The position numbers and the translations under genes were made by a program. Of a stretch of 64,000 bases of DNA, positions 35,486 through 52,957 are shown piece by piece (the first letter of the stretch is position 1; every line of letters begins with the position of its first letter). The stretch lies in assembly GCA_963845515.1 (NCBI GenBank), contig CAWJSR010000057.1:160001-224000 (forward strand), in the 5' to 3' direction. Under the pieces are notes generated by a model that worked only from the letters and a program-made list of their open reading frames with translations, was not told the origin of the DNA and did not search any database. Source of the DNA: an uncultured delta proteobacterium (GTDB lineage Bacteria; Myxococcota; Myxococcia; Myxococcales; Anaeromyxobacteraceae).

Positions 35486-35601
35486 CCTCCGAAGAGACCT
35501 GCCGTCGCCCGCCGGGCTCCCGCGCCACCACGCGCGGGCGGCCCGGCGTTTGCATTTCCATGGAGTTCAGAAGGAGCACATCGCAAACGCCTGCTTGCCA
35601 A

Positions 35602-37512
35602 ATGCCCAACTCGCGCGACGCCATGTACCGGGCACTGGTGGCCGACTCGCCGGTGCCGATCTACCTCCATCACGCCGACCGGGTGACGCTCGTCAACGCG
35701 GCGTGCGTACGCCTCTTCGGCGCCACGTCTCCGGAGCAGCTGATCGGGAAGTCCCCTCTTGATCTGTTCGTCCCGGATGCACGCGCGAGGATCCGCGATC
35801 GGCTCCGCAGCCTCCGCGAAGGAGGGATCCCCACCGCCGTGGACGACGAGAAGGCCGTTCGCCTCGACGGCAGCATCATCGACGTCGAGGTGGCCGCGAC
35901 CGCCTTCGACGACGACGGCACCCCAGCAATCCACGTGGTGCTCCGCGACGTGACCGAGCGCCGGGCCGCCGAGGCAGCGAGCGCCCGGCGGGCCGAGGAG
36001 CTTCGGCGAAGCGAAGAGCGGTATCGGCACCTGATCGACAGCCTCGACGACGTCGTCTTCTCCGTGGACGCCGAGGGACGGCTCGCCTACGTCAGCGGGG
36101 CCGTCTCGCGTTACGGCTTCAGCACCGAGGAGGTGCTCGGCCACCGGTTCCAGGACTTCGTTCACCCTGACGATCGGAGGCGGATCGAGGAGGAGTTCGC
36201 CGCGCGGCTCGCAGCGGACATGGAGCCCTACGAGTTTCGCATCCTCGACGCCAAGGGGAGCGTCCGCATCGTCCGAAGCTCCGGCCGGCGGGTCTTCGAG
36301 GAGGGACGGGTCGTGGGGCTCGCGGGAATCCTCCTCGACCTGACCGCCCAACGACGGACGGAGGAGCAGCTGCGGCTTTCCCAGAAGATCGAGGCGATCG
36401 GCCGCCTCGCCGGCGGCGTCGCGCACGACTTCAACAACCTGCTGACGGTCATCTCCTCGTACGCGGGGATCGCGTTGCGCGGCCTGCGGAGCGACGACCC
36501 CCTCAGGGCGGACCTCGAGGAGATCCGGAAGGCGGGTGATCGTGCCACCGCCCTCACCCGGCAGTTGCTGGCCTTCAGCAGGAAGCAGGTCCTCCAGCCC
36601 GAGGTCCTCGACCTGAACGTGCTGGTCTCCGGAATCGAGCGCATGCTCAAGCGGCTCATCGGCGAGGACATCGATCTGCGCTTCCGTCCGCACGAGGCTC
36701 TGTGGCGGATCAAGGCGGACCCGGGCCAGTTGGAGCAGGTGGTGATGAACCTGGTCGTCAACGCCCGCGACGCGATGCCCGACGGAGGGGACGTCACGAT
36801 CGAGACAGGCAACGTGGAGCTGGACGACGCTTTCGCCGCGCGCAACGTCGGCGCGCGCGCCGGAGCCTTCGTGATGCTCTCGGTGACCGACACCGGCGGC
36901 GGCATGGACGCGGGCACGCGGGACCGACTCTTCGAGCCCTTCTTCACCACCAAGGTGGCGGGCAAGGGCACCGGCCTGGGGCTGGCCACCGTCTACGGCA
37001 TCGTGAAGCAGAGCGGCGGCAGCATCTGGGTCCACAGTGAGTCTGGTCACGGTGCGACCTTCAAGGTCTACCTCCCGCGCGTCCACGAGGAGCTAGGCGG
37101 CCGCCCGCGACTGGGACTTCCCGCGCCTGCCCACGGGGGCACCGAGACGATCCTGTTCGTCGAGGACGACGAGGCGGTCCGCGGCCTGGCGGGACGCATC
37201 CTCACCGCCGCGGGCTACAGCGTACTGCTCGCGGCAACCGGTGGCGAAGCGCTCATCCTGGAGGAGCGGCACCGCGCCGCGATCGATCTCGTGGCGACCG
37301 ACGTCGTGATGCCAGGGATGAGCGGCCGGGAGCTCGCGGCGCGGCTTTCGCCGGTGACGCGCCGCAAGCCCGTTCTCTTCATGTCGGGTTACAGCGACGA
37401 CGCCATCGCTCAACACGGTGTCCTGGAGCCGGGGGCAGCCTTCCTCGCGAAGCCCTTCACGCCCGAGTCGCTGGTCGCGATGATCCGGGACCTGCTCGAC
37501 CGGGCTCGCTGA
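35602..37512 (+). CDS. PAS-PAS hybrid histidine kinase/receiver (CckA-like)
   Basis: Two [31 protein letters not shown], receiver VEDD...TDVVMP...KPF; start uncertain. Confidence 0.92.
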   Translation: MPNSRDAMYRALVADSPVPIYLHHADRVTLVNAACVRLFGATSPEQLIGKSPLDLFVPDARARIRDRLRSLREGGIPTAVDDEKAVRLDGSIIDVEVAATAFDDDGTPAIHVVLRDVTERRAAEAASARRAEELRRSEERYRHLIDSLDDVVFSVDAEGRLAYVSGAVSRYGFSTEEVLGHRFQDFVHPDDRRRIEEEFAARLAADMEPYEFRILDAKGSVRIVRSSGRRVFEEGRVVGLAGILLDLTAQRRTEEQLRLSQKIEAIGRLAGGVAHDFNNLLTVISSYAGIALRGLRSDDPLRADLEEIRKAGDRATALTRQLLAFSRKQVLQPEVLDLNVLVSGIERMLKRLIGEDIDLRFRPHEALWRIKADPGQLEQVVMNLVVNARDAMPDGGDVTIETGNVELDDAFAARNVGARAGAFVMLSVTDTGGGMDAGTRDRLFEPFFTTKVAGKGTGLGLATVYGIVKQSGGSIWVHSESGHGATFKVYLPRVHEELGGRPRLGLPAPAHGGTETILFVEDDEAVRGLAGRILTAAGYSVLLAATGGEALILEERHRAAIDLVATDVVMPGMSGRELAARLSPVTRRKPVLFMSGYSDDAIAQHGVLEPGAAFLAKPFTPESLVAMIRDLLDRAR

Positions 37513-37539
37513 CGAGTCGCGGGGCCGCCGGATGGCGCG

Positions 37540-38049
37540 CTACGGCTGCACCACCGCGACGCCGCCAATCATGAGCTCTACCACCGCGTCGATCGGCGCG
37601 TCCGCAGCGCCGGACACCACCAGCGAAAATCGCCCGTCTCCTCGCAGCGCGCCGCCGAGCGCCGCTCCGAGCCCCGGCTGCACCTCCGCCTCGATGACCA
37701 CGGATTCCGAGAGCGTCAGGGAGCCGACATCCACGAGCGCCACGTCCGCCTCGCCCGTGCTGTCCGCGCCTTCCGGGCGGTAGTGCAGTGCCAGTGACGT
37801 CGCGCCCGCTCGATTCTGCTTGCCGATCCGAACGACCAGCAGCCGGACGCTCTCTACGTCCACTTCCAGGACGTCGTCCCTCCTGTCCCAGAGCGCCGCC
37901 TGGTCTGACAGATCCATCGGCACTTCGGCACCCAGAGCGCCCGAGGACCCGGCGACGGGCAGCTGCCATGCCAGCTCGAACGGAACCTGCAGGGAGCAGC
38001 CGGCCGACACCGCTACCGCAAGAAGGAGGACTTCACCGATCCCGCTCAT
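37540..38049 (-). CDS. Hypothetical lipoprotein
   Basis: Lipobox VSAGC; ATGA coupling to the upstream gene. Confidence 0.7.
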   Translation of the reverse strand: MSGIGEVLLLAVAVSAGCSLQVPFELAWQLPVAGSSGALGAEVPMDLSDQAALWDRRDDVLEVDVESVRLLVVRIGKQNRAGATSLALHYRPEGADSTGEADVALVDVGSLTLSESVVIEAEVQPGLGAALGGALRGDGRFSLVVSGAADAPIDAVVELMIGGVAVVQP

Positions 38050-39527
38050 GGCGCAACCGCCTCTGCCGACTCCGGGCGCCTGCCGCTCGCGCTCGCCCCG
38101 GCGATGGGGCCCTGGCTCGCGCGAGACGCGCGCGCGCGCTGGCCAGTCACGCGCTCCTCGAGAAGCGTATCGAGCTTCATGGCGATGATCTCGGGCCCCA
38201 GCTCCTTCCCCAGGACCAGATCCGCTCCTGCGCGGAGCAGGCGCGCGGTCAGGGCGCCATCGGGAGATCCCGTCATCACGCCGACGACGAGGTCCGCCTC
38301 GCCCCCCGTCTCGCGGATCGTCGTCACCAGCTCCTCGCCGGAGCGGCCCGGCAGCCTCATGTCGGTGACGAGGAGGTCGAGGGAGAGGATCTCCTCGGAC
38401 AGGGCCCGCAACCCCTCCAGCGCATCCGTGGCGGTGATCACTTCGAAGCCGCGCTCGACCAGGGCGTCGGCAACCAACCGGCGCACCAGCGCGTCGTCGT
38501 CCACTACGAGCGCCCGTCGCGGGCGCGCCGCGAGGAATGTCATGGCCTCACGGATCTCGGTCATCGATCGGGGATCGAGCACGAAGCGGACCCCCATCCC
38601 GCGCACGTCAACGAAGGCGACGACTCCCCGGCAGAGGATTTGGCCCCCGGTAGGAAGACGGCACGTGAGCTCGAGCTCAGTGCCCAGCGGCGGGGGGGCG
38701 CTGGTCCTCACGAAGGCGCCGCCGAAGGAGAGGTTCTCCACCAGCCCCACCTGGAGGCGCCCGCCGCTCTGGAAGGACGCCTCCAGGGGCCGCGTGCACT
38801 GGAAGCGCGGAGCGGCGCGGGTCCCGTACGTCACGGTCGGGGCGCTCAACGCGAGCTGCCTCCGGAGTTCCCTGGGCGCCGTGGACAGGCCGAGCGCGAA
38901 TCCTGCCGGACGTCCAGGCTCTGCGTCGGCGGAGGTCCGAACCTCGACCACGCGCGCCCACTCGACCGCGACGCGGGTCATTCCCTTCATCCGGAAGAGA
39001 ACCGGGACGGGATCGCCGAGAGGCGGCGCTAGAGGTGAGGCGATGAAGAGCGACTCGTCGGCGTCGTTCCACCGCACGGCGTCCCAACCGGGGCCTCCGA
39101 TGTCGATCGCCAGCGTCGGACGATCGTCGGCGTAGCAGCTGCGATCCCCGGCGAGGCCGGCGGCCGTGGCGATCGCTGCGACGCTCTTCGTCGCCGCCGA
39201 GGGCTCGACGCCGATGGCGCGCACGTCGCAGCGGGAGAGGGTGTGCTGCAGCGCGTCCCACTCCGGGGCCGGGATCTCGCAGACGTTCCGCACTCGCCCC
39301 CCTGCGCGTGCCACCCAGAAGCCGATCCGCTGGTGATCCACCGATCCGAAGCGCTCCTGCCGCAGCCGCGCGAAGGCATACATGGTCCTCCTGGGGCCGT
39401 CATAGGCCACGTCGAACCCGCTCATGGCGCGTCGGTAGATCTGGATCACCCAGCGAAGCAGCCGCTCCGCATGGGCCAACCTCTCGGAGTGCGCTCTCTC
39501 GAACTCGAAGCACAGCTCGACGCTCAT
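38046..39527 (-). CDS. PilZ plus receiver domain protein
   Basis: RAAPRF and NLSFGG PilZ motifs; C-terminal VVDDD...TDMRLP receiver; GGAGGAG RBS. Confidence 0.85.
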   Translation of the reverse strand: MSVELCFEFERAHSERLAHAERLLRWVIQIYRRAMSGFDVAYDGPRRTMYAFARLRQERFGSVDHQRIGFWVARAGGRVRNVCEIPAPEWDALQHTLSRCDVRAIGVEPSAATKSVAAIATAAGLAGDRSCYADDRPTLAIDIGGPGWDAVRWNDADESLFIASPLAPPLGDPVPVLFRMKGMTRVAVEWARVVEVRTSADAEPGRPAGFALGLSTAPRELRRQLALSAPTVTYGTRAAPRFQCTRPLEASFQSGGRLQVGLVENLSFGGAFVRTSAPPPLGTELELTCRLPTGGQILCRGVVAFVDVRGMGVRFVLDPRSMTEIREAMTFLAARPRRALVVDDDALVRRLVADALVERGFEVITATDALEGLRALSEEILSLDLLVTDMRLPGRSGEELVTTIRETGGEADLVVGVMTGSPDGALTARLLRAGADLVLGKELGPEIIAMKLDTLLEERVTGQRARASRASQGPIAGASASGRRPESAEAVAP

Positions 39528-39598
39528 GCTGCTCCTCCGAGGCGCCGGCTCCCCGCCCGCGCCTCTCAGTGGGTGAACTTGATGACCCGACGCTCTAG

Positions 39599-39614
39599 AG
39601 CACGTTCGGTGCCG
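39599..39614 (-). promoter_or_regulatory. Sigma54 -24/-12 promoter
   Basis: Minus strand CGGCACCGAACGTGCT, GG-N10-GC. Confidence 0.7.
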
Positions 39615-39686
39615 TCACTATCCGTGAACTCGCGCCCGGCTTGGAGCGTGTATACGGGCACTTGAGGCTCCCCGCCGGCCGAGTCG

Positions 39687-39723
39687 TTCCGGATTCCCGG
39701 ATCCGAAGTCCGGGATCCCGTAC
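39687..39723. promoter_or_regulatory. Tandem palindromic enhancer sites, copy 1
   Basis: TTCCGGATTCCCGGAT and GTCCGGGATCCCGTAC, starts 21 bp apart. Confidence 0.65.
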
Positions 39724-39868
39724 GGACTCGAGGCTGAGCCGCGGTCGCGCGAGGGAGAACGGTAGGGGGGCCTGCGCGCTGCGGGCGCAGCGAGCGGCCC
39801 TTACACTCTCGACTGAGCGTTCAGGCCTATGGCGTCCAGGCTCCAATCCGCCGAGGAATCCGTCCCGC

Positions 39869-41973
39869 GTGCACGTCTCGCTCTCCACCGCCCCTCTGCG
39901 GGCTGCCGATGGGACACCCAGCGGGATCATGGCGGTCGTGACGGACGTCAGCGCCCGCCGGCGAGCCGAGGAGGCGCTGCGAGAAAACGGGGAGCGGCTC
40001 GCGCTCCTCTCGCAGGTGCTGAGCGACCTCGCGAGGGCCCCCTCCGTTGAGGCCATCGTGGCGATCGTCAAGTCCTCGGCCCGCGCACTGGTCGGCGCGG
40101 ACCGCTCGGCCCTCGTGCTCCGTGACGGGGACACGTGCCTCTGCGTGGATGAGGATGGGATGGGACCGCACTGGAAGGGGCAGCGCTTCCCGCTCGACCA
40201 GTGCGTGAGCGGGTGGACGATGCTCCATGGCGTTCCGGCCGCGATCACGGAGATCGGCGCCGATCCGCGCGTCTCGCTGGAGACCTGCCGCACGACCGTG
40301 AAGAGCCTCGTGATGATCCCCTTCGGGCGCACCGGCACGGAGGGAGCCATCGGCGTCTACTGGGACACCCGCCACTCCGCCAGTGGAGAGGAGCTCGGCC
40401 TCATCCAGGCGCTCGCGGACGCCACATCGGTCGCCCTCGATAACGTCGCCACCCTGGAGCGGCTTCGCCGCAGCGAGGAGCAGTACCGCAGGCTCGTCGA
40501 GAACCTCGACGACATCGTCTACACCGTCGACGCCGAGGGAAGGATCACCTACGTGAGCGGAGCCGTCGCGCGGTACGGGTACGTTCCAGCCGAGCTGATC
40601 GGACGCCGCTTTCTGGACTTCACGCACCCTGATGACCGCTCCCGAGTGGAGCAGGCATTCGCCGCACGGCTCGCGGCGGACCTGGAGCCATCGAGTACCG
40701 CGTGCTCGACCGCGAGGGGAGAGTCCGTGTCGTGAGGTCCTCGAGCAGGCGCATCCTGGAGGACGGGCGAACGACGGGGATGCTGGGCGTCCTCTTCGAT
40801 CTCACCGCCCAGCGGCAGACCGAGGAGGCGCTGCGCGGCGCACAGAAGATGGAGGCGCTCGGCCGGCTCGCCGGCGGGGTTGCCCACGACTTCAACAACA
40901 TCCTGACGGTCATCTCCTCGTACGCAGGGCTGAGCCTGCGCGGCCTGGCGACCGACAACCCGCTCAGGCCCGACCTCGAGGAGATCCGCAGGGCCAGTGA
41001 TCGCGCGACGGGGCTGACCCGGCAGCTCCTCGCCCTCAGCCGGAGGCAGGTGCTCCAGCCCTCGGTCATCGACCTGAACCTCCTGGTCGGCGGCATCGAG
41101 AAGATGCTCGGCAGGCTCATCGGCGAGGACGTCGACCTGCGCTTCTTCGCGGCCTCCGGCCTGGGCCGCATCTGCGCGGATCCGGGCCAGATCGAGCAGG
41201 TCCTGATGAACCTCGTGGTCAACGCGCGCGACGCGATGCCGGCCGGAGGGACGCTGACGATCACCACGGGCAACGCAGATCTCGACGAGGACTTCGCCCT
41301 CAGCCACGCCGGCGGGAGGGTGGGGCCCCACGTGGTGCTGACCGTGCAGGACACCGGTTCCGGAATGGACCCCGCGACCCTCGAACGGATCTTCGAGCCC
41401 TTCTTCACCACCAAGCCGATCGGGAAGGGGACCGGACTCGGACTCGCGACCGTCTACGGGATCGTCAAGCAGAGCGGCGGAGGGATCTGGGTCGAGTCTG
41501 CGCCGGGCGAAGGCGCGACCTTCCGCGTCTACCTCCCCCGCGTCGAGGAGCAGACCGTCGTCCGCCCGGCGGCGCACCGGCCGGAGCGTCTGCCAGCCAG
41601 CTCGGCGACGATCCTGCTCGTCGAGGACGACGCGTACGTGCGACAGCTCTCGCGGCGCGTCCTCTCGCTCGAAGGCCACCGGGTCCTCGTGGCGGCGAAC
41701 GGCAGCGAGGCGCTCCTCCTCTGCGAGCGGCACCGCGCCGAGATCTCCCTGGTCGTCACCGACGTGATCATGCCGGGGATGAGCGGGAGGGAGCTGGCGT
41801 CGCGGATCGCCCCACTCGCGCCGAGCGCGCGCATCCTCTTCATGTCGGGCTACACCGACGACGCCATCGCCCACCACGGTGTCCTGGAGCCAGGGACGCT
41901 GCTGCTCTCGAAGCCGTTCACCCCCGAGGCACTGACGGGCAGGGTCCGGGACGCGCTGGCGGGGCGAGGCTGA
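39869..41973 (+). pseudogene. GAF-PAS hybrid histidine kinase, 5'-truncated, frameshift near 40692
   Basis: Begins inside a PAC motif (VHVSLSTAPLRAADG), then GAF and PAS, then after a frameshift AHDFNNIL...KPF; close paralog of 35602-37512. Confidence 0.75.
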
Positions 41974-42361
41974 GGCAGCGCGACCACTCCTGGCGCGAGG
42001 GCCTCGTCAGGTATTCGTGGAGCGCGGCGATGCCCTCGCGATCGAGGACGAAGCGCACCGCCATCCCCCGCAGCTCGGTGAACAGGACGACGGCGGGAGT
42101 CGTCACCAGCGCCCCTGCCTGTAGCCGCAGCGCGAGCTCGATCCCGGTCTCGGCGGCGAGCGGAGCGGCCGTCCGCACGAAGGCGCCGCCGAGCGACAGG
42201 TTCTCCACCCAGCCCGCCGCCACGTATCGGCTGGCCTGGCCGTCCTGAACGCGCCGAAAGTGAGCGTCTGGCCCCCGACCCGCGTGGGCCTCCCGCTCCG
42301 CCCGAGCCTCTTCGACCTGGAACCACTCCTCGACCCACTCGACCCTCGCGCGCTCTTCCAT
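41918..42361 (-). CDS. PilZ domain protein; ends uncertain
   Basis: VENLSLGGAFVRT...RGMAVRFVLD, similar to the PilZ domain in 38046-39527. Confidence 0.7.
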   Translation of the reverse strand: MEERARVEWVEEWFQVEEARAEREAHAGRGPDAHFRRVQDGQASRYVAAGWVENLSLGGAFVRTAAPLAAETGIELALRLQAGALVTTPAVVLFTELRGMAVRFVLDREGIAALHEYLTRPSRQEWSRCLSLAPPARPGPCPSVPRG

Positions 42362-42374
42362 GGCAGCCGCGTAG

Positions 42375-42390
42375 AGCACGGCACATGCCA
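42375..42390 (-). promoter_or_regulatory. Sigma54 -24/-12 promoter
   Basis: Minus strand TGGCATGTGCCGTGCT, GG-N10-GC. Confidence 0.72.
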
Positions 42391-42460
42391 CCGCTACGGC
42401 GAACTGCGCGGAGGCAGCCGCGCGGAATCACTGCGGTCCCGTGGTGCGACCGACAGCGGG

Positions 42461-42497
42461 ATCCGATCTTCCGGATCCGCCGTCCGGGATTCCGGAC
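42461..42497. promoter_or_regulatory. Tandem palindromic enhancer sites, copy 2
   Basis: ATCCGATCTTCCGGAT and GTCCGGGATTCCGGAC, starts 21 bp apart. Confidence 0.65.
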
Positions 42498-42501
42498 TCC
42501 G

Positions 42502-43875
42502 TCAGCGGGGGTCGCGGAAGCCGCGCGAACCCCGGCGCTCCCCTCCTTCGCCCTCCGCGTAGCGGCGCAGCCGCTCGTAGAGCGCCGAGCGTGACAGCCC
42601 CAGCTGGCGGGCCGCCTCCTCGACCCGGCCACCACACGCGGCGACGGTCCGCTCAACGTGAGCCCGCTCGACCGCCGCGAGCGTCGGGCCCGCCGCTGCC
42701 GCCGGAACGTCGCCCGGCCCGGCGCCGGGTAGACGAAGATTCACGGGCTCGAGCACGCTCGAGTCCGTGAGGAGGACCGCCCGCTCCAGCACGTTCCTCA
42801 GCTCCCGCAGGTTGCCGGGCCATGAGTACTGCTCGAGGGCGGATCGTGTGGCCGGAGAGAGCGTGAGGTTCGTCCGGCCCATCTCCATCTTGAGACGCTC
42901 GAGCATTCGGTGCGCGAGCACGTGGACGTCCTCCGGCCGTTCACGCAGCGGGGGGATGTGGAGCGGGATGGTGCTGATGCGAAAGTAGAGATCGCTCCGG
43001 AACCGTCCCTCCCGCACCAGGGCGCCCAGATCCTGGTGAGTCGCCGCGAGGAGCCGGACGTCGACGGTACGGTCTCTCACCTCGCCGACTCGGCGGAAGC
43101 GCTGCTCCTCCAGCACCTTGAGCAGCTTGGGCTGGATCGCCCCGTCCATGTCGCCTATCTCGTCGAGGAAGACGGTCCCCCGGTTCGCGACCTCCAGGAG
43201 CCCCGGCTTCGCCGAGACCGCTCCCGTGAAGGATCCCTTCTCGTGTCCGAAGAGCTCCGACTCCAGGAGCGAGTGCGAGAACCCCGCGCAGTTGAGCGCG
43301 ACCAGGGGCTCGTGCCCTCGCGCAGACATCCGATGAATCCAGGCCGCGAGCACGCCCTTCCCCGCGCCGGTCTCCCCCGTGATGAGGACCGGGCTGTCGG
43401 CCTTCGCGATCCGCCGCGCCTCCTTCTCCAGCGCGCGGATCCCGGGGCTCACGCCCAGAAAGGGGTCCAGCTCGCCCACCTGCCGGGAGCCAAGGTCGCG
43501 TCGGCGCAGCCGCTGGCTCTCCAGCGCACGTTCGAGCGCCACCTGGAGCGCGGGGAGCTCCACCGGCTTGGTCAGGAACTGCTCGGCCCCCTCCTTCACG
43601 CACTCCACGGCGAGCTCGATCGTTCCGTGCCCGGTGAGGATCAGGACGGGAACGAACGGCCGGTGGGCCTTCAGCCGCGGGAGCAGGTCCAGCGCCGTTC
43701 CGTCCGCGAGGTTGTGATCGAGGACGACGGCGTCGGGGTGCCCGTCCACGAAGCGCTCCATCGCCTCGACGCAGCTGCCGGCCTCCAGCGGCTCATATCC
43801 CTCGTCCCGAAGGTAGGAGCAGACCAGCTTCCGGACGGACTGCTCGTCCTCGACGACCAGTATTCGAGCCGCCAT
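42502..43875 (-). CDS. Sigma54-dependent response regulator (NtrC/AtoC family)
   Basis: Receiver, GETGAGKG, ESELFGHEKGSFTGA, FLDEIG, WPGNLREL, Fis-type HTH. Confidence 0.96.
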   Translation of the reverse strand: MAARILVVEDEQSVRKLVCSYLRDEGYEPLEAGSCVEAMERFVDGHPDAVVLDHNLADGTALDLLPRLKAHRPFVPVLILTGHGTIELAVECVKEGAEQFLTKPVELPALQVALERALESQRLRRRDLGSRQVGELDPFLGVSPGIRALEKEARRIAKADSPVLITGETGAGKGVLAAWIHRMSARGHEPLVALNCAGFSHSLLESELFGHEKGSFTGAVSAKPGLLEVANRGTVFLDEIGDMDGAIQPKLLKVLEEQRFRRVGEVRDRTVDVRLLAATHQDLGALVREGRFRSDLYFRISTIPLHIPPLRERPEDVHVLAHRMLERLKMEMGRTNLTLSPATRSALEQYSWPGNLRELRNVLERAVLLTDSSVLEPVNLRLPGAGPGDVPAAAAGPTLAAVERAHVERTVAACGGRVEEAARQLGLSRSALYERLRRYAEGEGGERRGSRGFRDPR

Positions 43876-43925
43876 GCGTTCGATCCCTGAACGAACATGA
43901 CAGGCCCACGTGCCCTCCGCCGGGG

Positions 43926-44408
43926 TCAGCGGGGTTTTACCCCCTTGGGGCGCGATCGCTTCGTGGTCGCCGCGAGGTCTACGAGCTGCTCGTCCTTGAC
44001 GAAGGCGGTCCCGTGAAAGAGGGCGACCAGCTCGCCGGCGTCGTCGACCACCTTGACCTCGCAGCGCGAGAGCCTGCGTGACCGTGCGACCTCGAAGGCC
44101 TCTGCCACGAGGGTGCCGGCGCGCGTCGGGCGCAGGAACGAGATGGTCACGTCGACGGCCAGGGCGAGCGTGCCGTGGGAGTTGCATGCGACGGCGAAGG
44201 TGAGGTCGGCGAGCGTGAAGACCGCCCCCCCCTGGACCACGTCAGCGCCGTTGAGGTGCTGCTCCTTCACCTTCATGCGCGCGCGCGCGTAGCCGGGACG
44301 GACCTCCTCCAGCGTCACGCCGGCGCTGCGGGCGAAGCGGTCGCGCTTGAAGAAGGCTCTCAGGAACTCGGCGGTCGGGGGTGCGGGACGGGCGGTGTCG
44401 TCGGCCAT
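43926..44408 (-). CDS. PaaI family hotdog thioesterase
   Basis: HLNGADVVQGGAVFTLAD, ISFLRP. Confidence 0.88.
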   Translation of the reverse strand: MADDTARPAPPTAEFLRAFFKRDRFARSAGVTLEEVRPGYARARMKVKEQHLNGADVVQGGAVFTLADLTFAVACNSHGTLALAVDVTISFLRPTRAGTLVAEAFEVARSRRLSRCEVKVVDDAGELVALFHGTAFVKDEQLVDLAATTKRSRPKGVKPR

Positions 44409-44477
44409 CCGCGCATGACGCCACGAACGCCGCCCGCTGTCACTCACTGTCGACTTTCGAAGGCGCCGGGCGCGTGC

Positions 44478-45030
44478 CTACTTCTTGCGGCCGTAGAGCG
44501 CCGTGAAGGTCGCGCTGCCGAGCGCGTTGGCCTTCGCCATGAAGCCGACCATCGCAGGCGAGGCGTCCGGAAGAAGGTCCAGCTTCTCCACCTTCAACGC
44601 GATGCACCGTGAAGATGTACCGGTGCGGCTTGTCACCGGGAGGTGGGCAGGCGCCGCCGTAGCCTGGCGACCCGAAGTCGGTCCGGCTCTGGACCGCCCC
44701 CTCGGGCAGCGGTGCCAACCCGCTCCCAGCCCCCTGGGCGAGCCCGGTGGCCGTGGCCGGGATGTTGAACACTACCCAGTGCCACCAACCCGAGCCCGTA
44801 GGGGCGTCCGGGTCGTAGACGGTCACGACGAAGCTCTTCGTGTCCTTGGGGGCGTCGGCCCAGGAGAGCTCCGGCGAGACGTTGGCGCCACTGCAGCCGA
44901 AGCCGTTGAAGACCTGCTGCTCCGTGAGCGTCTTGCCAGGCTTCACGTCGGCGCTGACGAGCGTGAACCTGGCGGCGGCGAGCGTGGGCGCCGCGGCGAC
45001 GATCGCAACCAGTGCAAGGAGGGTTCTCAT
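44478..45030 (-). CDS. YbhB/YbcL (PEBP) family protein, frameshift near 44601
   Basis: Signal peptide, [36 protein letters not shown]-terminus ALKVEKLDL...YGRKK in another frame. Confidence 0.88.
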
Positions 45031-45144
45031 GTGCCGTCTCCGTGAAGGGTGTGCGCGAAGTCTTAGTCGATGAGCCGCGACGCGGGTGAGACCATGCGGG
45101 GCGGTAGTGGGGATATGCTGGCTCCTCCCTGCCCCGAACCCCCG

Positions 45145-45636
45145 ATGCCCCACCTCCCCGAGATCGACAACAACGAAAGGCCCGATCTGTGCGCCGCCTG
45201 TGGCGGAGCCTGCTGCAGGACCCGCCCGGGGATAGAGGCACCCGACAGGTTCCTGGCGGCCGAGGATCCAGCCGCCGCGCTCGCCCAGGCGCTCCACTCG
45301 CGCGACTGGCTCCTCGTGGAGCACATCGGCGTCCCGTGGGTCGACGGAGTGGCTCCGCCCGACGAGGAGCGCTACCGCGTGCTCCGCTACCCGCGCCCGG
45401 CGACCGTCGCCGAGCGCGCGGCGGGCGGCCCGCTGCCCCCGGGCGACTTCGCGGACTGCGTCTTCCTGGAGCAGACGGGCTGCCGGCTGCCGTTTCCGGA
45501 GCGGCCGCGCATGTGCAGGTCGCTCGCGCCCTCGGCCGATGGCGACTGCGCGGCGGCCTGGGGCCGCCGCGAGGCGGCGCTCGCCTGGCGCGCGCATCAG
45601 GACGTCGTCGCGGCGGCGCTCGCGCTCCTCGCCTGA
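45145..45636 (+). CDS. YkgJ-like cysteine-cluster (Zn/Fe-chelating) protein
   Basis: CAACGGACC...CVFL...GC...RPRMCR; start uncertain. Confidence 0.75.
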   Translation: MPHLPEIDNNERPDLCAACGGACCRTRPGIEAPDRFLAAEDPAAALAQALHSRDWLLVEHIGVPWVDGVAPPDEERYRVLRYPRPATVAERAAGGPLPPGDFADCVFLEQTGCRLPFPERPRMCRSLAPSADGDCAAAWGRREAALAWRAHQDVVAAALALLA

Positions 45637-45749
45637 CCCCGAAAAGGGGAGCTGGAGCGGGCCGCCGGGTCGGCAGCAGCGCCCTTCCTACGGTATGAAG
45701 GGGAGGTCGATCCTGCACCGTCCGCCCTGCAGTAAAGGAAGGCTTCAAG

Positions 45750-52389
<6,640 letters not shown>

Positions 52390-52409
52390 ACGCCTCGGGG
52401 ACCGGTCGG

Positions 52410-52799
52410 CTAGCGCAGCGCCTTGACCGCCGCCTTCACGTCGGAGACCGCCAGGTACAGGTTCACCTGCGTGGCGCTGCGTGCGGTCCCCACGTACGCG
52501 TAGAGGACGTTCACGCCGCCGGCACCCAGCCGGTCCGCGACCTCGCCGAGCGCCCCCGGACGATCCTTGATCCGCACCTCCACGACCTCGTCCTCCGTCG
52601 TCTCCCATCCGTGCTTGCGGAAGATCCGCCTCGCCACCGCCGGCTTGTCCACCACGACCCGGACGAACCCGCGCCCATCGAACGTCGCCGCCATGAAGGC
52701 GCGGATGCTCACCTTGGACTCGCCGAGCGCGTCGGCGACCCGCCCCAGCATACCCGGACGATCCTCGACCCACGCGGAGAGCTGCTTGGCCTTCGGCAT
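52410..52799 (-). CDS. Tandem ACT domain protein
   Basis: QLSAWVEDRPGML and IKDRPGALG...VNVLYAY. Confidence 0.88.
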   Translation of the reverse strand: MPKAKQLSAWVEDRPGMLGRVADALGESKVSIRAFMAATFDGRGFVRVVVDKPAVARRIFRKHGWETTEDEVVEVRIKDRPGALGEVADRLGAGGVNVLYAYVGTARSATQVNLYLAVSDVKAAVKALR

Positions 52800-52957
52800 T
52801 CGATCCTCCTGGCCGCGGGAGCGCCCCGCAGCCTGCGATCCCACTCTGCACCGCCCACCGGTCGGCTGGGAAGTCCCTTGCCGCGCCGCCCCCGTGGGCT
52901 CCACCGACCGGCCGCCCAGCGTGGCCGGTGGAGGCCTTTCGTGGTACGTCGATCGGG

